From positions 1-64,000 of IMG/VR virus record IMGVR_UViG_3300040801_004793: DNA of 64,000 bases, one strand, 5' to 3'. The stretch comes from a virus. The position numbers and the translations under genes are program-made. Under the pieces are notes generated by a model. The model saw only the letters and a program-made list of their open reading frames with translations. It was not told the DNA's origin and searched no databases. Below are positions 1 through 9,219 of the stretch, piece after piece. Positions within the stretch are counted from its first letter, which is position 1, and every line of letters starts with the position of its first letter.

Positions 1-172
1 AATCGGGTCTGACCTGGAATCAGTGGGTGAAACAGGTCCACCAGAGATATCTCCACTTGATGGAGAATATGGGTTACTACTTACCTCAGGGCTAGGGAGT
101 AACTAAAAGGAGCCCTAGGGTTATTCGATCACCCTAGGGCTCCTGGCTACTATATTATAATTAAGGGTTAAA

Positions 173-487
173 ATGGATTCAAAAATTGTAAAAATGGTAA
201 GTAATATTCTCGGTAGCTTTTATAGGGCTCCTAGGTGCTCAGACTATAGCGATACGCTAGAGCGTATTCATACCCAAGTCTTAGCGCAGTTTCCCGGCTA
301 TGAGTACATCACCACGTCCCATAATAGCTATTTAGAAGATTTTTTAATTAATCTCGATATTCTCATGTCCGCCAATAAGTCCACTCTAGATAAGTGGGTT
401 ATGACTGCGGAAGAACGAGAAGAAAGAATAGAAGACCTTAAGAGCCAGATTGAAAAGCTCCAACAAGAACTAGAGAAGCTAAGCTAG
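173..487 (+). CDS. hypothetical protein with C-terminal coiled coil
   Basis: 104-aa ORF; heptad-like C-terminus (IEDLKSQIEKLQQELEKL). Confidence 0.6.
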   Translation: MDSKIVKMVSNILGSFYRAPRCSDYSDTLERIHTQVLAQFPGYEYITTSHNSYLEDFLINLDILMSANKSTLDKWVMTAEEREERIEDLKSQIEKLQQELEKLS

Positions 488-798
488 TGGGATACAAAAA
501 AGGGGAATGATTAAAAGAGGTAAAAGTCGCTGGGCCGATAGGTGGAACCTGATCATTATTTAGTAATAGGCTCCAACTATACTTTTTGAACTCTACTAGC
601 AGCATGTTTGGGGGATTTAGTGTCAGCCTTCTGACCCCATACTTTAACATCAGTGGCTACACTAAAAGAGCTAAAAGGTAACATCCTGAAGAAACTAGTA
701 GTCACCGCTCAAAATCGTAGTTTGAGGCTTCTTCTGGTGTCTCAAACTACGATTTCGAAGAGTATACGAGAGACTCAGAGTATTAGGAGAGGCGGTAT

Positions 799-1122
799 AT
801 GAACCCGGTACTACACATCTTAGGGGGTATTCCATCGGACTACCTACCCGCCTACAACAGAGTAGTGACTCTAAGAGGCACTAACTCCAAAACTGTAAAA
901 ACCTGGATTAAACAAAGGGGGGCTACAGTAATTAGCCACGTAAGATACGTGGAAACCTGTCAGCTAGTGAGTAAAGACCTGGAGATACAATTCCGCACTT
1001 CCAGAGAAACGGCTCCTAGTATTTACAATGCTCAACCAAATCAATGTTTTCTCGTAGCCCTCCGACAATCCGGGGGTGTTTTAAAGTATTTTTGGATCTG
1101 GGAAGAGGAGGAAGAAGAGTAG
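799..1122 (+). CDS. hypothetical protein
   Basis: 107-aa ORF preceded by AGGAGAGG RBS-like sequence. Confidence 0.6.
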   Translation: MNPVLHILGGIPSDYLPAYNRVVTLRGTNSKTVKTWIKQRGATVISHVRYVETCQLVSKDLEIQFRTSRETAPSIYNAQPNQCFLVALRQSGGVLKYFWIWEEEEEE

Positions 1123-1205
1123 ACTCAAAATTTCACAGGGTTAAGAAATTCTCCCTGTTAAAACCTAAAAATTTCTTTTCGTAAGTAACTGGAACTGAGG
1201 ATTTT

Positions 1206-1466
1206 TTGATGACTATCGTAGATTACACGGTTTTCCACCGACTCTCTTCCGAAGAGCAGAGTACTGCTCTCAAGGGGTACCTCCATGGAAAGGGACTTCG
1301 TATTCCTGAGAAGGGGTACCTAGATGAGATCGACCTGCTTCAAGAAGTGGGTGACCTAGAGTGGGGGGAAGACCTGTGGGACCAGTGGGCCACTCAGGGT
1401 CTTTACGAAAACGCTTTTCATGAGGGGAAACTCGATCCTCAAATTTGGGATCTTTACAGACCCTAG
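1206..1466 (+). CDS. hypothetical protein
   Basis: 86-aa ORF in the + strand gene train. Confidence 0.55.
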   Translation: MMTIVDYTVFHRLSSEEQSTALKGYLHGKGLRIPEKGYLDEIDLLQEVGDLEWGEDLWDQWATQGLYENAFHEGKLDPQIWDLYRP

Positions 1467-1523
1467 AAATTTCCGCGACCTGGAGTAAGTCGCTTTAAAA
1501 AAGACTCACCGCTGTTTTTAGCT

Positions 1524-1544
1524 GGGGGGATATTCCCCCCTTTT
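1524..1544 (+). terminator. rho-independent terminator
   Basis: G/C hairpin GGGGGGA-TAT-TCCCCCC followed by a T tract. Confidence 0.6.
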
Positions 1545-1550
1545 CTTAGG

Positions 1551-1844
1551 ATGCTTTTAAGAGAGCTTGTTGAGGAATCTCTGGCAGAAATTCCCGAAGC
1601 TATTCGACCCCTCCCTTTCCAGCTTGGCCGCCAGCTAAACTGGGAAATTATGACCGGGGAGACCGTCCTGGGTCATAAGATCCTGTTTGAGATGGACGAA
1701 GAAACTAATTCTTTCTCGATTAAATCCTGGGATCTAGAAGGAGGAGAAAAAACTCTTGCCCTTCAACCGGGAATTCCCCATTCAAGGGATTACCTGAAAA
1801 GCATCATTCTAGAATACTTGTACCCAGAAGAACTAAGAGTCTAA
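1551..1844 (+). CDS. hypothetical protein
   Basis: 97-aa ORF, tightly packed with the next gene. Confidence 0.55.
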   Translation: MLLRELVEESLAEIPEAIRPLPFQLGRQLNWEIMTGETVLGHKILFEMDEETNSFSIKSWDLEGGEKTLALQPGIPHSRDYLKSIILEYLYPEELRV

Positions 1845-1848
1845 TCTA

Positions 1849-2148
1849 ATGGTTGTTTTGAACACGCAGGAAAGTCAGGATTTTGTACTGGTACCGGAGG
1901 ATGAGTTTTACAAAGTAATGGGGTGGATGGCTGTTTTCCATCCCTGCCGATATGGTGTACGTCCCAAGATGGGAATGGCAGGCAACACCATTGCCTTTAT
2001 GACATCGAATGGAAACTATCGGTATCCCATCGGAATAATGGGGCAAAAACAATTTTTTGTTCACAGAAGAGCGAAGCAGCTTTTCCAAGAACAAAGTAAA
2101 GTTTTTAATGAGAGTGACTTTAAAAAACACTCTTTATTCGGTGTCTAA
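1849..2148 (+). CDS. hypothetical protein
   Basis: 99-aa ORF. Confidence 0.55.
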   Translation: MVVLNTQESQDFVLVPEDEFYKVMGWMAVFHPCRYGVRPKMGMAGNTIAFMTSNGNYRYPIGIMGQKQFFVHRRAKQLFQEQSKVFNESDFKKHSLFGV

Positions 2149-2154
2149 AGCACT

Positions 2155-2450
2155 AGAAATCTGTAATTTACATTCGTGTGGGTAGGGGTTGGCGGAACCA
2201 ATGTAGGTGACACGATACGGATGGAGGTAAGACCGTGTATCGGGGCTAAAGACCCCATTGTTGCAATAGCGTGAGCCCTCGAAGAAACAGGCTGTTGGCA
2301 CAGACACCACCGTTAAGCCCTGGTGAGAGGTAAACGCACGGGCAAGCTCAGCCCTAGCAGCCAAGAGATGTCGATTGGAGTGAAGAAAATGTAATTTACA
2401 TGCCGCTCGTGTGGGTATGTCGCTACCTAGAAACAGAACAGCGACAGCTA
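2155..2450 (+). ncRNA. candidate large structured ncRNA directly upstream of tRNA-Arg
   Basis: GC-richer stretch with no + strand ORF and several complementary segments (GGCTGTTGG 2290-2298 / CTAGCAGCC 2354-2362; GATAC/GTATC; GGGG/CCCC; CACCA/TGGTG; GTCGCT/AGCGAC). Confidence 0.5.
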
Positions 2451-2524
2451 GGGGAAATAGCTCAGTTGGATAGAGCACTCGCCTCCTAAGCGATAGGTCG
2501 TGGGTTCGAGTCCCGCTTTCCCCG
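2451..2524 (+). tRNA. tRNA-Arg(CCT)
   Basis: Cloverleaf: GGGGAAA/TTTCCCC acceptor, anticodon loop CTCCTAA, T-loop TTCGAGT; no encoded CCA. Confidence 0.93.
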
Positions 2525-2870
2525 TTGGTTTTTTTCGTGCCCTAATGAGATTCTCTCCCACAGCCACCGAGTTTATAAGTAGAGGCCTTCTTACTTACTA
2601 TGGGGGAAGGCCTCTTTTTATAGTCTCTCCGTACCGTTTGACGGAGGAACAATCCCTAAAGATCGCTACAAAGTTAGAAACGTCTTTGTCCCTAAACACC
2701 GAGTCTCTTGACCTTTGGAGGGACACCCCGTACTGGCTTCTTTGCGAATTGATTCAGCAGGCGATGGTTCAAAATAATGATTTTCGAGAAACCGTTCTGA
2801 GTATTTTAAGGGACTCAGAATTCTCGAATTTCTACAGTCATAGTTTTTGTAAATTACCTGATTCTTCATC

Positions 2871-3695
2871 ATGATTAAAACCATTTCCCTTTCTTCCGGC
2901 AAACTAGAATTCTATCTAAGAAGCTGGTGGGAGAGTCCAGAAGGCCAGTCTTCTATAGACGCCCTAGCGGAACATCTAATTCTCATGAGAGAGGATTATG
3001 ATTTCAATATCCGGCCCCAATTTATGGATCTATTTGGAAGAGCCCTCTCCGAAAAATATGATCCCTCTCACTTTTTACTAAGTGAAATACCTGCTCGGTG
3101 GGTTTTACAGGGAACCGCTAAAATAGGCGGTATCACCCGAGAGGTGCAGGCCGTCTTCAAGGGAACTAGACCCAAGAATCAGGAGTTTGTGACTCCCTAT
3201 CTAATTGGGGAATTGCCTCCCCTTTACCCAGCCTTCATTGTTAATAAGAAGGTGTTCTCCGATTTTGAGACTACCCTTTTTCCACGGCCTCTATCGAGAA
3301 AGCCTGTGAAGATGACAGTCAGTATACCGGATTCTTACCCGGTTAGTACGGAGGTACCGTACTTCTTCTTTCAGTGGCTCTATCGAATAGCTGTCGAAGA
3401 AAGCTCAGAGACCGTAGCTGAGAAAGATGGGGTTAATACCTTCTACTCTCAATTAGAAGAAGTGGGGGAAATTAGAACCACTCAATATAAGAAAAGAGGG
3501 GGGCTAAAGGCTGAAATCATCGAAGGGGGTCGGTATAGTCAAAGAAAAATTACCCCTTTTAGTCGGATTCACGATCAAGAAAAATTATTGGATACGGGAC
3601 ATAGGCCAGCCTTTATCGAAAAGAGAATACTGGAAAACCCGTATAAGCCCTCAAAGCCGGTGTCTATTGAGGATCTAGAATCTATTTGGGAGTAG
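2871..3695 (+). CDS. hypothetical protein
   Basis: 274-aa ORF, ATGA-coupled to the upstream ORF 2500..2874. Confidence 0.7.
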   Translation: MIKTISLSSGKLEFYLRSWWESPEGQSSIDALAEHLILMREDYDFNIRPQFMDLFGRALSEKYDPSHFLLSEIPARWVLQGTAKIGGITREVQAVFKGTRPKNQEFVTPYLIGELPPLYPAFIVNKKVFSDFETTLFPRPLSRKPVKMTVSIPDSYPVSTEVPYFFFQWLYRIAVEESSETVAEKDGVNTFYSQLEEVGEIRTTQYKKRGGLKAEIIEGGRYSQRKITPFSRIHDQEKLLDTGHRPAFIEKRILENPYKPSKPVSIEDLESIWE

Positions 3696-3699
3696 ATTC

Positions 3700-4251
3700 A
3701 TGTTTGACTTTCCCCAAGAAACTGTCCAAGAGATAGAACAGGACTGTTGGACACTTTGGAAGACCTTCAGCTCTCGCAGAAAAAAGAAATTTCTGACCCT
3801 AAGAGAAGAAGCCTCCAAGATAGGAAATCGCTCCTATAGAAACACCTGGCTTTCTTTTCGTGAAGAGTGTTTAAATAGAACTCCTCTCACGAAAACACAG
3901 GCCCTAGCTCTATTATCCCAACAAAGTCAGAAGCCCTGCAAATCAAATCTCTACGTAGAGATGCAACCTGAAAAATGGAGTAGATACCTAGTGCAAGAAG
4001 GTCTACTTAGCCATTTGGGTAGTATCTACTATAAAGATCAGAATGGCTTTTACTTCGTTTTTAGAGAGGGAAGTTTTCTAGAGATTTCACCGGAAAAACT
4101 TCGAATCTCTAAAATTTTTGAGTACTCTCTTCGAAGAGGGTATAAAAAAAGGCCTCTTTTTCTTACTACTGAGGAAGAAGAGTTGTGGGATCTTCTGTAC
4201 CGTGTTGTTTACCCTAGAGAAACTAATGAAACTGAATGTGATTTTGACTAA
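3700..4251 (+). CDS. hypothetical protein
   Basis: 183-aa ORF. Confidence 0.65.
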   Translation: MFDFPQETVQEIEQDCWTLWKTFSSRRKKKFLTLREEASKIGNRSYRNTWLSFREECLNRTPLTKTQALALLSQQSQKPCKSNLYVEMQPEKWSRYLVQEGLLSHLGSIYYKDQNGFYFVFREGSFLEISPEKLRISKIFEYSLRRGYKKRPLFLTTEEEELWDLLYRVVYPRETNETECDFD

Positions 4252-4552
4252 ATATTTCTTTGAAGTCGAAGCGTACCAGGTGGAGTGCTGGGGTGAAACG
4301 GCTCGAATCGTTTCCACAGAAGGACCTGTAACGGTTTCTTTCGTAAATAGAAATGATGACTTTCGGGATCTTGTAATAAAAGGCCCGAATACTAAAGAGT
4401 ACATTTTACCTGTCGGTTTTAGGGACAACTTCTGGGTAACAGAGGAAGGGATAGCCCATAGCATTATTAGCGTGACAGATCCCGACAGAGCTAGATCTCC
4501 ACACTGGAAATATGAAGACTGGTGGACTATAGACCTAGCTTCGGAGTTTTAA
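4226..4552 (+). CDS. hypothetical protein
   Basis: Likely start at the internal ATG (MKLNV...) of ORF 4118..4552. Confidence 0.55.
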   Translation: MKLNVILTKYFFEVEAYQVECWGETARIVSTEGPVTVSFVNRNDDFRDLVIKGPNTKEYILPVGFRDNFWVTEEGIAHSIISVTDPDRARSPHWKYEDWWTIDLASEF

Positions 4553-4556
4553 CTTC

Positions 4557-5294
4557 ATGATGCAGTATCAAATGCGCTTGATTCCAGGGGGCACCTTCCT
4601 GATGGGTTCTCCTGAGGACGAATTGCATCACTATGAAGAGGAAGGCCCTCAACACCAGGTCACTGTTCCCACTTTTTTTATGAGCCGTTACCCTGTCACT
4701 CAGGCTCAATATCAAAAGGTGATGGGTACGAATCCCGCCGCTAGATATCCTGATCGCTTTGTTGCTCTCAATAAACCCGTTATAGGGGTATCTTGGGTGG
4801 AGGCTGTAGAATTCTGTAAGCGTCTTTCCAACACTCAACAAACCTATCGCCTGCCAACGGAGGCCGAGTGGGAATATGCCTGTCGCGCTGGAACCACAAC
4901 CCCATTCCATTTCGGCCCCACAATTACGACCGACCTGGCGAACTACAATGGATCTTCGTCTTACGACTTTGGCCCTAAAGGGCAGTATAGAAGGCAGACA
5001 ACCGAAGTAGACAGCTTTCCGGCCAATGCTTTTGGTCTGTACGACATGCACGGTAACGTCCGTGAGTGGTGCCAAGATACTTGGCATTCCGACTATGAAG
5101 GAGCCCCTACAGACGGAAGAGCCTGGATAAGCGGTCTTGAAAAAAAAGTGATTCGAGGAGGGGGCTGGTCGTGTTTGTCTATGACCTGTAGATCAAGCTT
5201 CAGATTCTACGGGTTTCCGACTGAAAAGTACAGCTCTATCGGTTTTAGGGTAGTCTCGGATTACATCAGTCCTTTTCAAGCTTTTGGTTTTTAA
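4557..5294 (+). CDS. FGE-sulfatase (SUMF1-family) / CLec-fold protein, array copy 1
   Basis: IPGGTFLMGS, RLPTEAEWEYACRAG, NAFGLYDMHGNVREW, RGGGW...GFRV motifs; tail PFQAFGF. Confidence 0.95.
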   Translation: MMQYQMRLIPGGTFLMGSPEDELHHYEEEGPQHQVTVPTFFMSRYPVTQAQYQKVMGTNPAARYPDRFVALNKPVIGVSWVEAVEFCKRLSNTQQTYRLPTEAEWEYACRAGTTTPFHFGPTITTDLANYNGSSSYDFGPKGQYRRQTTEVDSFPANAFGLYDMHGNVREWCQDTWHSDYEGAPTDGRAWISGLEKKVIRGGGWSCLSMTCRSSFRFYGFPTEKYSSIGFRVVSDYISPFQAFGF

Positions 5295-5296
5295 TT

Positions 5297-6055
5297 ATGG
5301 ATCTCATTAAAATAACAAGAATTCCGGGTGGATCTTTTTTAATGGGGTCTGAAATATATGAGTATGAATCTCCTAAACACGAGGTCACTGTTCCCACTTT
5401 CTTTATGGGTATCTACCCCGTTACCCAGGCTCAGTATAAAACTGTAATGGGTCACAACCCCGCTACTAGGTACGATGTAGAGAACTTTGTTTCTCCCAAT
5501 AAACCCGTCGTAGGGGTAAGTTGGCATGATGCACAAGTCTTCTGTCAGCGTCTAACCGAGTACAGCGGCAAAAATTACCGCCTGCCTAGCGAGGCTGAAT
5601 GGGAATATGCTTGTCGGGCAGGCACCACAACGCCTTTCTACTTTGGCGAGACCATTACGTCTGAACTCGCCAACTACAATGCTGCCATCAACAGTTATAA
5701 TGGTAGCCCGAGAGGTGAATATCGCCGAACAACTACCTGTGTAGGTCAAGTGGGCGTCGCCAATGCCTTTGGTCTCTACGATATGCATGGCAATGTGTAC
5801 GACTGGTGCCAGGATACGTGGCACGACAGCTATGACGGTGCCCCCGCTGATGGTAGCGCTTGGACGAATACCGATAGCCAAACTTATACAAAAAGCAGTG
5901 AAAACAAAGTGATTCGAGGAGGCTCCTGGATGAGTGCGCCTAGCCTCTGTGAAGCAAATTACCGTTCTTACGAATGGAGTGCCGAGGAATCTGCTTTTAT
6001 TGGTTTTAGGGTAGCTTGTGATTACATTAGCCCTTTTCAAGCTTTTGGATTTTAA
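5297..6055 (+). CDS. FGE-sulfatase/CLec-fold protein, copy 2
   Basis: RLPSEAEWEYACRAG, GLYDMHGNV, RGGSW...GFRV; tail PFQAFGF. Confidence 0.95.
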   Translation: MDLIKITRIPGGSFLMGSEIYEYESPKHEVTVPTFFMGIYPVTQAQYKTVMGHNPATRYDVENFVSPNKPVVGVSWHDAQVFCQRLTEYSGKNYRLPSEAEWEYACRAGTTTPFYFGETITSELANYNAAINSYNGSPRGEYRRTTTCVGQVGVANAFGLYDMHGNVYDWCQDTWHDSYDGAPADGSAWTNTDSQTYTKSSENKVIRGGSWMSAPSLCEANYRSYEWSAEESAFIGFRVACDYISPFQAFGF

Positions 6056-6057
6056 AA

Positions 6058-6849
6058 ATGACTAATGATGATATTCCCAAAATGGTACTAATTCCAGGGG
6101 GAAGCTTCACTATGGGCTCTAATAAAAATTCATACGATACTCCTGAAGAAGAGCCTGCTCATAAAGTCAACGTTTCTTCTTTTCTTCTAGGAAAATATCT
6201 AGTTACTCAAGATCAGTACCTTAGCGTAATGCAATCTAACCCCGCTCATTTTAAAATAAATGGGGGCAATCGGCCAGTTGAAAACGTTTCTTGGGAAGAA
6301 GCTAAGATCTTCTGCTTGAATTTATCAGAAAAAACGGGTCAATCATTTCGTCTACCTAGCGAAGCAGAATGGGAATACGCCTGTCGTGCTGGTACCACAA
6401 CCCCCTTTTATTTTGGAAATACAATAAATACCGATCAAGTTAACTTTGACGGTTATTATCCTTTCTTTGATTCCTCTATTAACGAAACCCTCATACACTA
6501 TGGGGGAGAAAGACGGCTAGAAACTACCCCCGTAGGTTCTTTTCCCCCTAATTCTTTTGGTCTATATGATATGCACGGGAATTTATGGGAATGGTGTGAT
6601 GATGTTTGGCATCCAAATTATAAGGGTGCGCCTATAAAAGGAGGTCCTTGGCTTACTAAAGGTATTACAAATAAAAAGGTGGTACGAGGGGGCGGTTGGG
6701 ATTCATTGGGTATGGAATGTAGATCAGCCTCTCGTCGATATGCTCCTTGTACGTATAAGGGTCTTAATGTCGGAATTCGAGTAGCTTGTAGTCTGGACCC
6801 GCTCACTAGCTTTTTAAACCCGATCGCTTTCCAGTCTCTAGGATTTTAA
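6058..6849 (+). CDS. FGE-sulfatase/CLec-fold protein, copy 3
   Basis: Same motifs; tail AFQSLGF. Confidence 0.95.
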   Translation: MTNDDIPKMVLIPGGSFTMGSNKNSYDTPEEEPAHKVNVSSFLLGKYLVTQDQYLSVMQSNPAHFKINGGNRPVENVSWEEAKIFCLNLSEKTGQSFRLPSEAEWEYACRAGTTTPFYFGNTINTDQVNFDGYYPFFDSSINETLIHYGGERRLETTPVGSFPPNSFGLYDMHGNLWEWCDDVWHPNYKGAPIKGGPWLTKGITNKKVVRGGGWDSLGMECRSASRRYAPCTYKGLNVGIRVACSLDPLTSFLNPIAFQSLGF

Positions 6850-6851
6850 TA

Positions 6852-7592
6852 ATGACTAAGTTACCAAGAATGGCACTAATTCCAGGGGGATCTTTTATGA
6901 TGGGGTCTTCCAAAAATGAAGGAGACCCTAATTCAACCGAGTGTCCTCAACGTGAGGTAACCGTGCCGCAGTTCTGGATGGGGAAATATCCAGTCACCCA
7001 AGCCCAATATGAAGCGGTGATGGGTAAGAATCCCTCCAGGTTTTCTAAGAATGGAGCCAACCGTCCAGTAGAAAGAGTGGGTTGGAATAATGCTATGGCA
7101 TTTTGTCAGAAGCTCTCCCAACAAACTGGGCAGAAATATCGCCTCCCTAGCGAAGCTGAATGGGAATATGCTTGTAGAGCGGGAACGGAGACCCCATTTC
7201 ATTTTGGGGAGACTATCACCACTGATCTTGCTAACTATTGCGGCCTTTCAGAGTATAACGGCGGTCCCACGGGAAAGTTTTCAAAGGCCACGACCGAAGT
7301 AGGTAGTTTTCCAGCCAATGCCTTTGGGCTGTACGACATGCACGGCAATGTATGGGAGTGGTGTCTAGACCGTTGGCACGAGAGCTACTATGGAGCACCA
7401 ACTGACGGCAGTGCTTGGACAACAGGAGGTGATCGCTCCAGACGAATTCTGCGGGGCGGTTCGTGGTACGAATATCCTAAGCATTGCCGCTCGGCCTCAA
7501 GGGGGTCTACCTTGGAAGACACAGCTCTTAATAGCGTAGGTTTTCGGGTTGTTTGTCATTACACACCCCCTTTTAGCAGTTTTGGTTTTTAA
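6852..7592 (+). CDS. FGE-sulfatase/CLec-fold protein, copy 4
   Basis: Same motifs; tail PFSSFGF. Confidence 0.95.
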   Translation: MTKLPRMALIPGGSFMMGSSKNEGDPNSTECPQREVTVPQFWMGKYPVTQAQYEAVMGKNPSRFSKNGANRPVERVGWNNAMAFCQKLSQQTGQKYRLPSEAEWEYACRAGTETPFHFGETITTDLANYCGLSEYNGGPTGKFSKATTEVGSFPANAFGLYDMHGNVWEWCLDRWHESYYGAPTDGSAWTTGGDRSRRILRGGSWYEYPKHCRSASRGSTLEDTALNSVGFRVVCHYTPPFSSFGF

Positions 7593-7594
7593 AA

Positions 7595-8368
7595 ATGGTT
7601 ACTAAGGATATTCCTGAAATGGTATTTATCCCCGGAGGGTCTTTTATGATGGGGTCTTCCACGGATGAAAGAAAAAGTAGTTCAAGTGAGAGACCTCGAC
7701 ATAAAGTTACGATACCTGATTTTTACATGGGACGGTATCCAGTAACCCAAGCACAGTATAAATTTATAATGGGTAAAATTCCTTCTCCTTTTTCCCGTCA
7801 AGGAGATAATAAACCCGTAGACTTAGTAAGTTGGAATGAAGCCGTAGCATTTTGCCAAAAGCTCTCAGCGGTCACGTCTAAAACGTATAGATTACCTTCT
7901 GAAGCCGAGTGGGAATATGCCTGTAGAGCAGGAACTACTACGCCTTTTTACTTTGGGAAAACTATTACCACTGACCTTGCTAACTATTGCGGTTGCTCGA
8001 CCTATGGACAAGTGCCAAATAGTCTTTACCGAAAGGAAACTACTACAGTAGGCAGCTTTCCGCCCAATGCCTTTGGTCTTTACGACATGCATGGCAACGT
8101 ATGGGAGTGGTGCCAGGATGTGTGGCACGACAGTTATCAGGGAGCCCCCAGCGATGGCCGTGCTTGGACAGAAGGCAACACCTTCACGCAAGAGAGGCGA
8201 GTTTTACGTGGAGGCTCCTGGAGCGACATTCCGTGGTATTGCCGGTCCGCGTGTCGTTCCAGCAACTATGCCGACAACCGCTACATCCTCAATGGTTTTA
8301 GAGTAGCTTGTGATGACCCCAGCACTCTTCTGTTGCCCTTTACTCCCTTTATCTCCTTTGGATTCTAA
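7595..8368 (+). CDS. FGE-sulfatase/CLec-fold protein, copy 5 (DGR-type variable region)
   Basis: Same motifs; tail PFISFGF. Confidence 0.95.
   Translation: MVTKDIPEMVFIPGGSFMMGSSTDERKSSSSERPRHKVTIPDFYMGRYPVTQAQYKFIMGKIPSPFSRQGDNKPVDLVSWNEAVAFCQKLSAVTSKTYRLPSEAEWEYACRAGTTTPFYFGKTITTDLANYCGCSTYGQVPNSLYRKETTTVGSFPPNAFGLYDMHGNVWEWCQDVWHDSYQGAPSDGRAWTEGNTFTQERRVLRGGSWSDIPWYCRSACRSSNYADNRYILNGFRVACDDPSTLLLPFTPFISFGF
8213..8299 (+). repeat. DGR variable-region-like repeat (copy 5)
   Basis: 87-nt GGCTCCTGG...TGCCGGTCCGC...GGTTTT; differs from sister repeats mainly at codon positions 1-2 of NNC/NNT codons. Confidence 0.75.
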
Positions 8369-8419
8369 AAATATCCGCTTCTCGCTGAGATCTTGTAATA
8401 CTTGTTTTTGAGAAAAAAA

Positions 8420-9193
8420 ATGAAGCGCTTTACAGAACAACTTCATGGGTATATTGTGCCCCTGGAAATGATCCATATCCCCGCTGGCATCTTTCTCATG
8501 GGCTCTCCTGAAAAGGAAAAAGACCGATTTGGAGATGAAGGCCCTCAGCATGAGGTCATCGTCCCCACTTTTTTCATGGGGCGCTACCCCATCACCCAGG
8601 CCCAATATGAAGCGGTGATGGGCACCACCCCCGCCACGAAATATGAGGCTGATCGCTTTGTCGCTCTCAATAAACCCGTTGTGGGGGTGAGCTGGAAGGA
8701 TGCCGTTACCTTTTGCACCGCCCTGGCCCAGCGCACGGGTCGCCCCTATCGCTTACCTTCTGAAGCAGAATGGGAATATGCTTGCCGCGCTGGGACTACA
8801 ACGCCTTTCTACTTTGGGAGCACCCTCACTACCGAGGTTGCCAATTACGACGGTAACTACACCTATGGTGAGGGTCCGACAGGTGAATTTCGCAACGCCC
8901 TCACCTCTGTAGACCACTTTGAGGTTGCTAACTCCTTTGGCCTCTCAGACCTGCACGGCAATATCTATGAGTGGTGTCAGGATACGTGGCACGACAACTA
9001 TGAGGGGGCACCGACCGATGGCTCGGCTTGGGTAGACGGGGGCTATTCAGACCAAAAGGTTATCCGTGGTGGCTCCTGGAACAACATTCCGAGGGATTGC
9101 CGGTCCGCGTATCGCCTCAACCTCAACGCCGACAACCGCTACAACGACTTCGGTTTTCGTGTTTGTTGTGCTGCCCCTAGCAATCTTTTGTAG
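8420..9193 (+). CDS. FGE-sulfatase/CLec-fold protein, copy 6 (most host-like, lacks FGF tail)
   Basis: ATG at 8420; FTEQL..VPLEMIHIPAG N-terminus; GC-richer; ends AAPSNLL-TAG. Confidence 0.93.
   Translation: MKRFTEQLHGYIVPLEMIHIPAGIFLMGSPEKEKDRFGDEGPQHEVIVPTFFMGRYPITQAQYEAVMGTTPATKYEADRFVALNKPVVGVSWKDAVTFCTALAQRTGRPYRLPSEAEWEYACRAGTTTPFYFGSTLTTEVANYDGNYTYGEGPTGEFRNALTSVDHFEVANSFGLSDLHGNIYEWCQDTWHDNYEGAPTDGSAWVDGGYSDQKVIRGGSWNNIPRDCRSAYRLNLNADNRYNDFGFRVCCAAPSNLL
9071..9157 (+). repeat. DGR variable-region-like repeat (copy 6)
   Basis: 87 nt, retains six AAC codons. Confidence 0.75.
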
Positions 9194-9219
9194 TCCTTCG
9201 TCTCCTTTGAATTCTAAAA

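Noticed and set aside
2155-2450. RNase P RNA, tmRNA or group I/II intron
   Set aside because: Only short motif resemblances; the RNase P GAGGAAAGTCC core, tmRNA termini and intron core elements were not recognisable
9071-9157. The copy 6 repeat as the DGR template repeat itself
   Set aside because: It is the most AAC-rich copy, but sister repeats differ from it at non-A positions too (ctc vs aac, gat vs tat, ttc vs aat), so it behaves as another variable region
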